DNA of 24,000 nt from an uncultured archaeon (lineage in GTDB: Archaea > Asgardarchaeota > Heimdallarchaeia > Heimdallarchaeales > Heimdallarchaeaceae), in the NCBI GenBank assembly GCA_964534625.1, contig CAZHRF010000001.1, positions 12,436-36,435 on the forward strand, in the 5' to 3' direction. Below are positions 1-10,512 of the stretch, in pieces. The notes beneath the pieces were generated by a model. The model was not told the origin of the DNA. It made no database searches and saw only the letters and a list, made by a program, of their open reading frames with translations. The translations under genes and the position numbers were made by a program. Numbering within the stretch: the stretch's first letter is position 1; each line of letters begins with the position of its first letter.

Positions 1-120
1 AGGCAAATTATGTGTAACTATAAGGCCACAAACGAGTACAATCGTTGGGAATGTATTTGTGGTGTTAATACTGTTTTAATTTATGTTAATAAGGTTATGC
101 GAGCCGTACAGAATAATAGA

Positions 121-1599
<1,479 letters not shown>

Positions 1600-1605
1600 A
1601 TGTTT

Positions 1606-1650
1606 GGAATAAAAGTTCAAGAGGTCATCTGACCTTTGAACTTCCATTCC
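1606..1650 (+). promoter_or_regulatory. Strong hairpin immediately downstream of 16S (trailer/processing or termination structure)
   Basis: GGAAT-AA-AAGTTCAA-G-AGGTC-ATCT-GACCT-TTGAACTT-CC-ATTCC folds into a nested stem beginning 7 nt after the mature 16S 3' end. Confidence 0.6.
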
Positions 1651-1832
1651 CTTATTATTACAATATTTGCTTAGGGTTCTTGTATTCTGTGGTTTTTTGA
1701 TTAAAAATTATTTCTTCAATTTTTTGACTTTTTATTCTCTTGTTGTTTTTATTAGTTTTTTATAGTATTCTTTTCTTCATATTTCTTCATCTTTCCATAA
1801 AAATTATTATAGAGAACGTTTTAACTTTAATT

Positions 1833-2234
1833 ATGAACTTTCAATCATCTCTCCCCACTCTAATTAAACAAGCAAAAAAAGCCTATTCTTTGGCTTTTGC
1901 GCCTTATAGTAATTTTAAAGTTGGAGCTGCTTTACTGACAGAAGATGGAAACATTTATTCTGGTTGTAATGTTGAATTTGCAGATTATTTAGTTTTACAT
2001 GCTGAGTTAAACGCAATTGGGTCTGCAGTAACTTCAGGCGAAACTAGTTTTGTAGCTATGGTTATTTATTCTAATCGCGAACCTCCTGTTCTCCCTTGTG
2101 GTTCTTGTAGACAAAAAATTTATGAATTTTCGGCTCTTCATAATACTGATATTAGAGTTATTGCTATTAATAATAATACTCAGATAAGTTCTTCGATAAA
2201 AACGCTTTTACCTGATGCAGATATTTTTAATTGA
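1833..2234 (+). CDS. cdd: Cytidine deaminase
   Basis: MNFQSSLPTLIKQAKKAYSLAFAPYSNFKVGAALLTEDG...GCNVEFADYLVLHAELNAI...PVLPCGSCRQKIYEF: cytidine deaminase HAE and PCxxC zinc motifs. The ATG at 1833 is preferred over the upstream TTG start at 1740, which would add a hydrophobic leader encoded by AT-rich intergenic-like sequence. Confidence 0.9.
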   Translation: MNFQSSLPTLIKQAKKAYSLAFAPYSNFKVGAALLTEDGNIYSGCNVEFADYLVLHAELNAIGSAVTSGETSFVAMVIYSNREPPVLPCGSCRQKIYEFSALHNTDIRVIAINNNTQISSSIKTLLPDADIFN

Positions 2235-2277
2235 TTTTTTAAAGTATTAAACACTTAAACGAAATCTACTTTTATGT

Positions 2278-2424
2278 TTATTCTATTACTTTATAATTCA
2301 TACAATTAGCACATAACCAGAAATCCTTCACTTCTTTCAATTCTATATCATCTGGAAGATAATCGTGTTTTTTGATCATTGTTCCCCCACATTTTGGACA
2401 TTTTTTTACATTTTCGTCATTCAT
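2278..2424 (-). CDS. Small zinc-ribbon protein (48 aa)
   Basis: Reverse-strand ORF MNDENVKKCPKCGGTMIKKHDYLPDDIELKEVKDFWLCANCMNYKVIE* with two CxxC pairs (CPKC...CANC). Absent from the supplied ORF track. Confidence 0.6.
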   Translation of the reverse strand: MNDENVKKCPKCGGTMIKKHDYLPDDIELKEVKDFWLCANCMNYKVIE

Positions 2425-2494
2425 TTGTTTTCACGAGATAATATTGAATACCACTATAAATTATTTCTGCATCTTAAGTTTTTTTCCTTCCTTA

Positions 2495-2532
2495 GTAGTT
2501 ACAAAATAGTACTGTAGTTACAAAATAGTACT
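2495..2532. repeat. Two tandem copies of a 19-bp unit
   Basis: GTAGTTACAAAATAGTACT at 2495-2513 and exactly repeated at 2514-2532, between the minus-strand zinc-ribbon ORF and the GC-rich RNA candidate. Confidence 0.85.
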
Positions 2533-2589
2533 CTATTTGTATGATTTTTGTGATGAGTTTTTTAGGCAGTTTTAGGAACTTACCTAAAA

Positions 2590-2945
2590 ATGTAGCACTT
2601 CACCCAACTGGCAACGTGACGAAGAGGAACATGATGTACCTGTAGTCAAGGAGTATACGAGAAGAATCCGGGAACAAAAGGACATACTGGTCCTGTGGCG
2701 ATAGAAGCACAGATGATACGGACAAGGCTAAATGGCACGACCTTAGCGCCCGTAAGCGGGTTCATTGCACTATTGACCCTGGGACTCATGGGTGGCCCAA
2801 CTAGGTTTAGTCAGTCATCCTTAGGAAGACTACCACCTCCAGGGCGACAGACTGGTCATTCACGGAGAAGAACCAGAAACTGTCTGGTACTGCGACCAAT
2901 GGCCGAGTACGGTGAAAGAACGGTATAAAGAGAGGGGGAAATAAG
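2590..2945 (+). ncRNA. Unassigned structured RNA candidate
   Basis: GC-rich island in AT-rich intergenic DNA with several nested hairpins: CCCTGG/CCAGGG (2777-2782/2839-2844), GGTGG/CCACC (2791-2795/2833-2837), TAGTC/GACTA (2808-2812/2828-2832), ACAG-a-CTGGT/ACCAG-aaa-CTGT (2847-2856/2872-2883), GTACT/AGTAC (2887-2891/2906-2910). Boundaries and strand are approximate. I could not match RNase P or SRP RNA signatures. Confidence 0.5.
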
Positions 2946-3469
2946 AGTGAGAATGAAGGTCTTTAATCGTTGAATACTTGGCCATAATTACATAGTTAAC
3001 AAACCGCCTGGCTATGTTCTTGGCACCATTTAAGTCAGCATGGCATAGGCTAAAATTTTCTTTAAGTGGATGGAATCCTTAAATGTTTTCTTAATTCGGA
3101 TTAGTACTATTACTAAAGCTAATTATGAATAAAAATCTGTTTTTTTACCATACGTCTTCTAGCGGGTGTAGAACAAACCAAGATTATAACATTTATACTA
3201 AAATAGAGCGTTTTGTAACAAACACAAATAAGGTGATGAATAAAAATGCCATAAGCATTAAGGTTCTATGAAAATGGAATTTGAGAGAAAAAAAAGATTG
3301 TGTGGAAAATATGCTGTGATTCAGTTTTAAAGCTTCCAATTAAGTAATGGAGTTTTCACATATTCAGAGCGTAACCTTCTTAAACACAACAATGCTTTAT
3401 CTCGTGTTTGATATATCTAGGTATGTCTGATTTAAATTAACAAGTATATACCTAGTTTATTGATGTAAA

Positions 3470-5377
3470 TTGAAGGTGAATATATTGAATCTTGAACAAT
3501 GGATCAACGAAAAAGATTTACAAAAACTTGAATCTCTTAATAATGAAAAAATTATGAAAGTAATCCATGATTTTTTATCCCTCTGTAAACCAAAAGAAGC
3601 TAAAGTAATAGATGACTCAAAAGAAGACATTGCTTCTGTTCGTCAATTAGCTATTAAAAATAGTGAAGAGCAGCAGTTGAAAATGGAAGGACATACGATA
3701 CATTTTGATGGTTTTTATGACCAAGCTAGGGACAAAAAAAACACTTGTATTTTAATTGATCCTGAAGAAAAGGATAAGTATGGTCCTCATCTTAATACAC
3801 TTCCTAGAACTGAAGGTTTAGATGAAATTTTAAATATCATGGATGGTTGTATGAAGAACAAAATTGCTCTAATCAGATTTTTCTGTTTAGGACCAACTAA
3901 CTCTTCATTCTCTCAATGTGCACTCCAAATTACTGATTCTGCTTATGTTGCTCATTCTGAAGACTTATTATATAGACGAGGATATGAAGAATTTAAAAGG
4001 CTTAAGGATCCTAATGATTTTTTTTATTTTATTCATTCAGCTGGTGAGTTGACCGATGCAAATGTCACTAAGAATGTAGATAAAAGGCGTATTTATGTTG
4101 ATTTACAAGAAAATCGTGTTCTTTCTGTAAATAATCAATATGCAGGTAATAGTCTTGGATTAAAGAAGCTTGCACTTCGATTGGCTATTAATAAAGCTAT
4201 TTACAATGGATGGTTAACTGAACACATGTTTATTTCTGGTATTCATTCTCCATTCAAAGAAAGAAAAAGTTATTTTTTGGGTGCATTTCCAAGTGCATGT
4301 GGAAAAACTTCTACTGCCATGGTACCTGGGAATACTATAGTTGGAGACGATATTGCATATCTTCGTTTAGATAATAAGAATATCCCAAAAGCTGTGAATA
4401 TTGAAAGTGGTATATTTGGAATTATAAAAGATGTTAATCCTAAAGATGACCCTGTTATATATAATACTCTCACTACAGAAAATGAATTGATATTTTCAAA
4501 TGTTTTGATTAATGATGGAACCCCCTATTGGATTGGAATGGGAGATCAAGTAGATATTCCCCAAAAAGGAACGAATTGGTCTTCATCTTTATTAGGTGAG
4601 TGGTATAAAGGAAAAAAAGGTCCAGATGGTAATGAATTACCCCCATCCCATCCAAATGCTAGATATACTATAAAAATTGAAGATCTTGAGAACTTTGATG
4701 AAACTTTACATGATCCCGAAGGCGTAATTGTTTCAGGAATTATTTATGGTGGTAGAGATTCTGATACTTCAGTACCTGTTTTTGAGTCATTTGATTGGGA
4801 ACATGGAGTTTACGTAGGTGCAACAATTGAATCCGAAACTACTTCTGCGACATTAGGTAAAACTGGTGTAAGAAAGCATAATCCAATGGCAAACCTTGAT
4901 TTCATTGTTGTTCCTCTTGGTGATTATATCAAGTCTCATCTAGATTTTGGAAAGAAAATACCTGATGACAATAGACCATGTATATTTTCAACTAACTATT
5001 TCTTGAAAGATGAAGATGGTCAATATTATGATGAAATTCTTGACAAGAAAGTTTGGTTATCTTGGGCAGAAGGGAGATATCATGGCGATTATGAAGCAAT
5101 TGAAACACCTATAGGTTACCTTCCAAAATATGAGGACTTAGTAGATCTTTTTCAAAACATTTTTGATAAACCATATGATAAAAAAAGATACCAAAAGGAA
5201 TTTTCTATAAGAGTTGATAAATTCCTCGAAAAATGTGATAGAATTGAAGAAAGTTTCAAACACGAGAACCTCCCCAATGAATTTTATACCCAGCATGACC
5301 TTCAGAAAAAAAGATTGTTAGATATAAAGAAAAAATATAACAAATCTATAATCTTTCCTTCCGATTTTATCAAATAG
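3470..5377 (+). CDS. pckG: Phosphoenolpyruvate carboxykinase (GTP)
   Basis: 635-aa ORF with GAFPSACGKTSTAM kinase-1 loop, GDDIAYL, NPKDDPVIYNTL, IYGGRDSDTSVPV and ATIESETTSATLGKTG, characteristic of GTP-dependent PEPCK. The start codon is TTG in the track; the true start is uncertain. Confidence 0.95.
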   Translation: MKVNILNLEQWINEKDLQKLESLNNEKIMKVIHDFLSLCKPKEAKVIDDSKEDIASVRQLAIKNSEEQQLKMEGHTIHFDGFYDQARDKKNTCILIDPEEKDKYGPHLNTLPRTEGLDEILNIMDGCMKNKIALIRFFCLGPTNSSFSQCALQITDSAYVAHSEDLLYRRGYEEFKRLKDPNDFFYFIHSAGELTDANVTKNVDKRRIYVDLQENRVLSVNNQYAGNSLGLKKLALRLAINKAIYNGWLTEHMFISGIHSPFKERKSYFLGAFPSACGKTSTAMVPGNTIVGDDIAYLRLDNKNIPKAVNIESGIFGIIKDVNPKDDPVIYNTLTTENELIFSNVLINDGTPYWIGMGDQVDIPQKGTNWSSSLLGEWYKGKKGPDGNELPPSHPNARYTIKIEDLENFDETLHDPEGVIVSGIIYGGRDSDTSVPVFESFDWEHGVYVGATIESETTSATLGKTGVRKHNPMANLDFIVVPLGDYIKSHLDFGKKIPDDNRPCIFSTNYFLKDEDGQYYDEILDKKVWLSWAEGRYHGDYEAIETPIGYLPKYEDLVDLFQNIFDKPYDKKRYQKEFSIRVDKFLEKCDRIEESFKHENLPNEFYTQHDLQKKRLLDIKKKYNKSIIFPSDFIK

Positions 5378-5605
5378 CATCTTAATTTGTCAATGAATAT
5401 AGTAGCCTTTAAAATTAGGCTCTATTATTTATTTTTTATACAAAATTCAAAAACTCTAATCTCATAAATGGTGTCTCGAATATTTAACGTACCGATTAAA
5501 ATGATCAAAACGTACACAGCAAAATTTTGAAACGTTTCATTTTTCTATTGAAATAATAAAGGTAAAAATATTTTTTAATGGTTGAATTTATTGTAGATTG
5601 ATAAT

Positions 5606-6133
5606 ATGACTGTTTTATGGAAACAACTAGAAACTGGTCCAAATCCACCTGAAGAGATTTATTGTATAATTGAAAATCCAAAAAATAATAAAAATAAATA
5701 TGAAATGAGTAAAGATGGTATAATTTATTTAGACCGGGTTTTACATTCCTCTGTTCATTTTCCTGGTGATTATGGATTAATCCCCCAAACGTATTATGAG
5801 GATGGTGATCCTCTTGATGTATTGGTCCTAATAACTGAACCAACATTTCCTGGTTGTGTGTTAATGGCGCGTCCTATTGGTGTTTTAAAGATGAAAGATG
5901 AGAAGGGATCTGATGATAAAATTTTAGCTGTAGCTTCTAATGATCCTTTATATATGAAGGTTCACTCTTTGAATGATATTTATCCTCATACAATAATTGA
6001 AATCGCTGAGTTTTTTAGAAGCTACAAAGGTCTTGAACCTTCAAAAAAAACTGAGGTTAAAGGTTGGGAATCTAAAGAAGCTGCTCTAAAAACGATAGTT
6101 GATTCAATGAAATTATATAATGAGCTATTTTAA
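5606..6133 (+). CDS. ppa: Inorganic pyrophosphatase (family I)
   Basis: MTVLWKQLETGPNPPEEIYCIIENPKN...KYEMSKDGIIYLDRVLHSSVHFPGDYGLIPQTYYEDGDPLDVLVL: classic soluble PPase active-site motifs (DGDPLDVLV). Confidence 0.96.
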   Translation: MTVLWKQLETGPNPPEEIYCIIENPKNNKNKYEMSKDGIIYLDRVLHSSVHFPGDYGLIPQTYYEDGDPLDVLVLITEPTFPGCVLMARPIGVLKMKDEKGSDDKILAVASNDPLYMKVHSLNDIYPHTIIEIAEFFRSYKGLEPSKKTEVKGWESKEAALKTIVDSMKLYNELF

Positions 6134-7040
6134 GGATAGCGCCTTATGCTTTCAATTTTTAAAATCTATAATTATTAAATCGAAACACACGATGAATAGT
6201 TCTGATATACTCACTATATGCTTAATCCATCTTATTCTTAACCAAATGTCTTTTTTTAATAATGATCCCTTCATTGTTTGATTTATTGAGACTCAATCAG
6301 AACTAATAATGACTTAATATCCAGTTACAAGACGTGTACTTGGTATAGGAGCCACTATACAATATATCAAGCAAGGTATAGTGTATCAACTATTCATTGA
6401 AACATAGTAAAAATGCATCTAGGCCTCACTCAACCTAACAAACGTAAATTTTTCAAAAGTTTAAAAAAAAGTATAAAAAAACATTAAGGTTTTTATAGTT
6501 TTCCTATACCATACTTTAATCTATAGGAACTAATGTAAAAGGACTTTGTCCGTCATGTCCATCATTTCTATGAGGACCATCGAATTTAGCTTTCATTTTG
6601 ATTTCACCCAATTTTTATTGGTAATTGAATAATAGAAGAAACATTCAAGATACCAACAGAAAAAAAGTGACAGTACATATGTAGAAATTATAGCTAGTTG
6701 GATTAAATCATAGTTGAAACAATCAAAGGAATCATAGAACAATATCTTTTTATCTTAGGCGAGATAAGTAAATATACGAACATCAAGTTCGTAAATTCTG
6801 ATATCTTACTTTAACCAGTAAGAAAATATTAATTTAAAATATTCATATCAATATGTATTTGTTGTTGATAATTGGTGTTTATGATCAAAACTCAAAGTAT
6901 AGTGGTAGTAATTTATATACTTACTTGAAAAAGTTAATGAACACTAATTTTATATATGTAACAAAAACAACAAAGAATGCATATAAGATTAGTATCAAAT
7001 CACCTCCTAGGATGAAAATCCACTAGTAATTACAATATCA

Positions 7041-7068
7041 AACTAGTTAGCTAACAAGAACTCTCCAA
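7041..7068 (+). promoter_or_regulatory. 5' strand of pre-23S processing stem
   Basis: AACTAGTTAGCTAACAAGAACTCTCCAA is complementary (26 Watson-Crick pairs, 1 G-U, 1 mismatch) to 10513-10540 flanking the other side of the 23S gene. Confidence 0.85.
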
Positions 7069-7103
7069 ATAGGCGAAAACTGAATTATTACTATTTTAAA
7101 GTA

Positions 7104-10100
7104 ACCTCAACTATGCATACGCCATGCAGTGGATGACTAGGCTAGGGTGCCGATGAAGGACGTGGTAAGCGGCGAAACGCTACGGGGAGGCGCATACAGC
7201 CATCGATCCGTAGGTCTCCGAATCGGATTTCCGGTTACAGTTGATAAGACTGTAACAACCAGTAATGGTGGGGAACGGCGGGAACCAAAACATTCAAGTA
7301 CCGCCAGGAAAAGAAAACAATCGTGATTCCGGTAGTAACGGCGAGTAAACCCGGAACAGGTCAAACCGAATGCCTATATTAATAATATGGGTGGATGTGG
7401 TGTTTTTGACTATCAAAGGATCGTCAGAGCTAAGTCGAAATAGCTTATGAAAGCTATGCCAAAGAAGGTAATAGCCCTGTAGACGTAAACTCTCGACCTG
7501 ATAGATTTCAAGATTAATGTGGCTTGGATTTGTCGCATGAATTTGGGAAAACTTAGTCCCAAACCTAAATACATCCCTAGACCGATAGCGAACTAGTAAC
7601 GTGAGTGAAAGTTGAAAAGTATTCGAAATACGAGAGTGAAAAGTCCCTGAAACTGTATGGTAACAGACGTGAATGGCTTAAAAGAGTAGATTCTGAGTGA
7701 AGGAAATCATTGTGAAGTGTGAGTACGAATTCAGAGGATCGAGGTCATTCGTTCCGTCTCGAAACACGGGCCGAGGAGTTTAAATCTGTGGCAAGACAAA
7801 ACATTAGTGGTGTCGTAGCGAAAGCAACCAGCACGCAGCCGTAAGGTCAGGTGCGACGTCCGACAAGGGCGTGAAGTCACAGGTTTAAGACCCGAAAGCA
7901 GTTGATCTATCCCTGGTCAAGATGAAGCGCTTCGAAAGGGGCGTGGAGGTCTGAAGAGGTATTGATATGCAATTCATTCTTCTGAATTGGGGATAGTGGC
8001 AAAAGACCAATCTAAACTGCTGATAGCTGGTTCCTCCCGAAGTATAACCACAGTATAGCGTCATTGGAGGTCGTATGTGCGGTAGAGCGACGGGTGGGGG
8101 TTTCCGTGGAGTGAAATCTGCGCGCCCCTTTCCAACTCCGAACTTGCATACACCATAGAAGATGATAGACGGGCGCATATCCGCAAGGGATATGGCCGAA
8201 AGGGGATCAACCCTACGATGGGTTAAGGGCCCTAAATCCCGGTTAAATGTTAAACAGAATGGCGTCCAACAGCGAAGACAATGAGGCGGTAAGCTTAGAA
8301 GCAGCTAACCGTTAAAAAAAGCGTAACAGCTTACTCATCGAGTTGTTGGGCCCAGAAAATGGACGGGGCTAAACCGGGTCCCGATACCTGTCCGGACTTC
8401 AAAAGAGTCTCGGGTAGGGAGGCGATCGGATTGGACAGAAGCTGGGAAGTGATTTCCAGTGGACCGTTCTGATTTGCAGATCTCGGCGGTAGTAGGAGCA
8501 TAGTGAGGTGGGAATCCTCATCGCCAAAAGCCCAAGGGTTCCTTGGCACTGTTCGTCAGCCAAGGGTTAGTCGGTCCTAAGGTGGAACTTAATACGACAA
8601 ACCGAAAGGGAAACAGGTTCATATTCCTGTACCATACGTATAGTCGCGGCAACGCAAGTTCCGAGCTGACACTAGTGGGTAGGTGGTCTAAAAATCAAAT
8701 TTTAGTTAAATCAAGAAATCTGGGAAGAACCGTTATGGTGAGAACCAGACGAATTGATGAATAGGCGAGCCATTGGTTGCTTGCTACCATTGATCCCAAT
8801 AGTCCGTGAAAAAGCGAAGAAAAATACGATTACGTATGACCGTACCCAGAACCGACACAGGTGTGGCTAGCTGAGAAGGCTAAGGCGTGTTAGGATAGTT
8901 TAGGTGAAGGAAATCGGCAAATTGGCCCCGTACCTTGGGTATAAGGGGTGCCTGGAAAGGTGAATGCCTTACCAGGTCGCAGTGACAAGGGGCACCCGAC
9001 TGTTTAATAAAAACATAGCAAACTGCAAGGGTGAAAACCTGTGTACAGTTTGTGAATCCTGGCCAGTGCAGGTGATTGAAACCGGGGTACAACTCGGCTA
9101 AGACCCTGTAAACGCCGGAGCTAACTATGAGCTTCTTAAGGTAGGCAAATGCCTAGTCTGCTAATTACAGACGTCCATGAAGGGACCAACGAGGTGCCCG
9201 CTGTCTCCACCTAAAACCTACTGAACCCACAGTCCAGCGAACAGTCTGGAACGCACCATCGGGAAGAGAAGACCCTGTGGAGCTTTACTGCTGTCAGGGG
9301 CTGTTATACTGGTGTGCATGCATAGAATAGTCAGGAGATGTTGATGGTGTGTTCTCCGGGACACACTGAAGTTGATCTTGAAATACTGACCATGTGCATT
9401 GGTATGACTTACCTCTTGCGAGGGGGACACCCCCTGCCTGGCAGTTTCACTGGGGCGGTAGCCTTTTGAAAAGATATCAAAAGGGCCCAAAGCCGAGCTC
9501 AACCGGGACAGAAATCCGGTGTAGAGTGCAAGGGCAAAAGCTCGGTTGACTGTGAATCCAATTAAACGGTTCGCAGATGTTAACGCAGGGCCTAGCGATC
9601 TTTCGCATTTGCCATATGTAGGCGGCGGAAGTGACAGAAAAGTTACCCCAGGGGTAACTGCACTTCTAAACGGAAGTGGCTTAAAAACTGGGTAACAATT
9701 ACATTTATTATCTTTCAAAAAGGTTTATCAAAAAGGCAAAAATTTTTGGGTCTTCCTAAACGATTTATATAGTGAGGAAATAGTCAAGTAACTTCAGTTA
9801 CAGGCCTATTGATTTGAGCAGATAGATTAACCTGATATTAAGAAACCATCAGAACACAGTAAAACTATAAGAGCCATTATTCCGTGAGTGAACGATAGAT
9901 AGGTTAAGAGATTGGTAACTTGCCTTTACAGGCCGACAACTGGTCTCTAATAACCGATGTGCAAAAATATTTTGTGCAAGTGCAGCCCTGAACAGAGTTG
10001 TCGTGGGTAAGAGTTCACATCGACCTCACGGCTTGCTACCTCGATGTCGGCTCTTCCTAGCTTGGTGGTGATTAAGCCACCAAGAGTGGGGTTGTTCGCC

Positions 10101-10480
10101 CATTAAAAGGGAACGTGAGCTGGGTTTAGACCGTTGTGAGACAGGTTGGATTCTATCTGATGGTGCTGGCGGGCGATTGAGAGCAAAATCTCCACAGTAC
10201 GAGAGGAACAGGCGGTTGGGGCCGCTGGTGTACCGGTTGTTCTAAAGAGCATTGCCGGGTAGCTAAGCCCTTGACGATAAGAGCGGAAAGCATCTATGCT
10301 CGAAGCGTTTCTCAAAACGAGTCGCCCATTCTGCTCTATTCTGGGGACTGGTGACAGTAACCTTAAGAGTAGACGAGAGCGCGGAAAAAAGATCCGTTTG
10401 ATAGAGCGGGGGTGTAAGCGTCGAGCTTTGGCGAGATGTTTAGCCTACCGCTACTAACTGCTCAAGCATAGTTAGGCCAA
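7104..10480 (+). rRNA. 23S ribosomal RNA (interrupted near its 3' end)
   Basis: Conserved LSU segments: CCGATGAAGGACGTG (~7149), CTGATAGCTGGTTCCTCC (~8020), AACTATGAGCTTCTTAAGGTAGGCAAATG (~9122), GAAGACCCTGTGGAGCTTTACTG (~9268), GTTACCCC (~9642), CTACCTCGATGTCGGCTC (~10036), GAGCTGGGTTTAGACCG (~10107), CACAGTACGAGAGGAAC (~10193). Terminal helix AACTATGC...GCATAGTT. Confidence 0.97.
9656..9990 (+). other. Putative self-splicing (group I-like) intron in 23S rRNA at the site equivalent to E. coli 2449
   Basis: The conserved core AGTTACCCCAGGG(A/G)TAACAGAG...GTCGTGGG is split: AGTTACCCCAGGGGT | 335 nt | AACAGAGTTGTCGTGGGTAAGAGTTCACATCGACC. The preceding exon ends in U and the insert ends in G, as in group I introns. 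No BHB motif fits. The P3/P7 core was not resolved by eye. Confidence 0.7.
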
Positions 10481-10512
10481 ATGAAGTGGTAATATTCAGT
10501 TGCTAAATACTT

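Noticed and set aside
2695-2928. 77-aa ORF MAIEAQMIRTRLNGTT...
   Set aside because: Sits in the GC-rich structured RNA candidate, with biased residue composition and no domain; more likely an open frame in an RNA gene.
4270-4473. Minus-strand ORF inside pckG, and similar ORFs at 12297, 17787, 18740, 19837, 20445, 20987, 22729 and 23311
   Set aside because: All are antisense to well-supported coding genes and lack independent evidence.
5505-5846. 113-aa minus-strand ORF overlapping the start of ppa
   Set aside because: Antisense to the pyrophosphatase, with no recognisable motif.
6134-7040. C/D-box sRNA-like signal (GATGA...CTGA near 6190) in the gap upstream of 23S
   Set aside because: Spacing between the boxes is too short for a guide and no second box pair was seen.
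9654-9994. 23S insertion as an archaeal BHB (tRNA-endonuclease-spliced) intron
   Set aside because: In all boundary registers allowed by the shared AAC, the required 4-bp central helix does not form (e.g. ACTG vs ACAG, CTGC vs CAGA), so a canonical BHB is not supported, though a relaxed motif cannot be excluded without folding.
7137-10315. ORFs 7137(-), 7885(-), 8331(-), 8543(+), 8880(-), 9218(-), 10103(-)
   Set aside because: All overlap the 23S rRNA gene. The 9218..9718(-) ORF also crosses the exon-intron border without any recognisable protein family.
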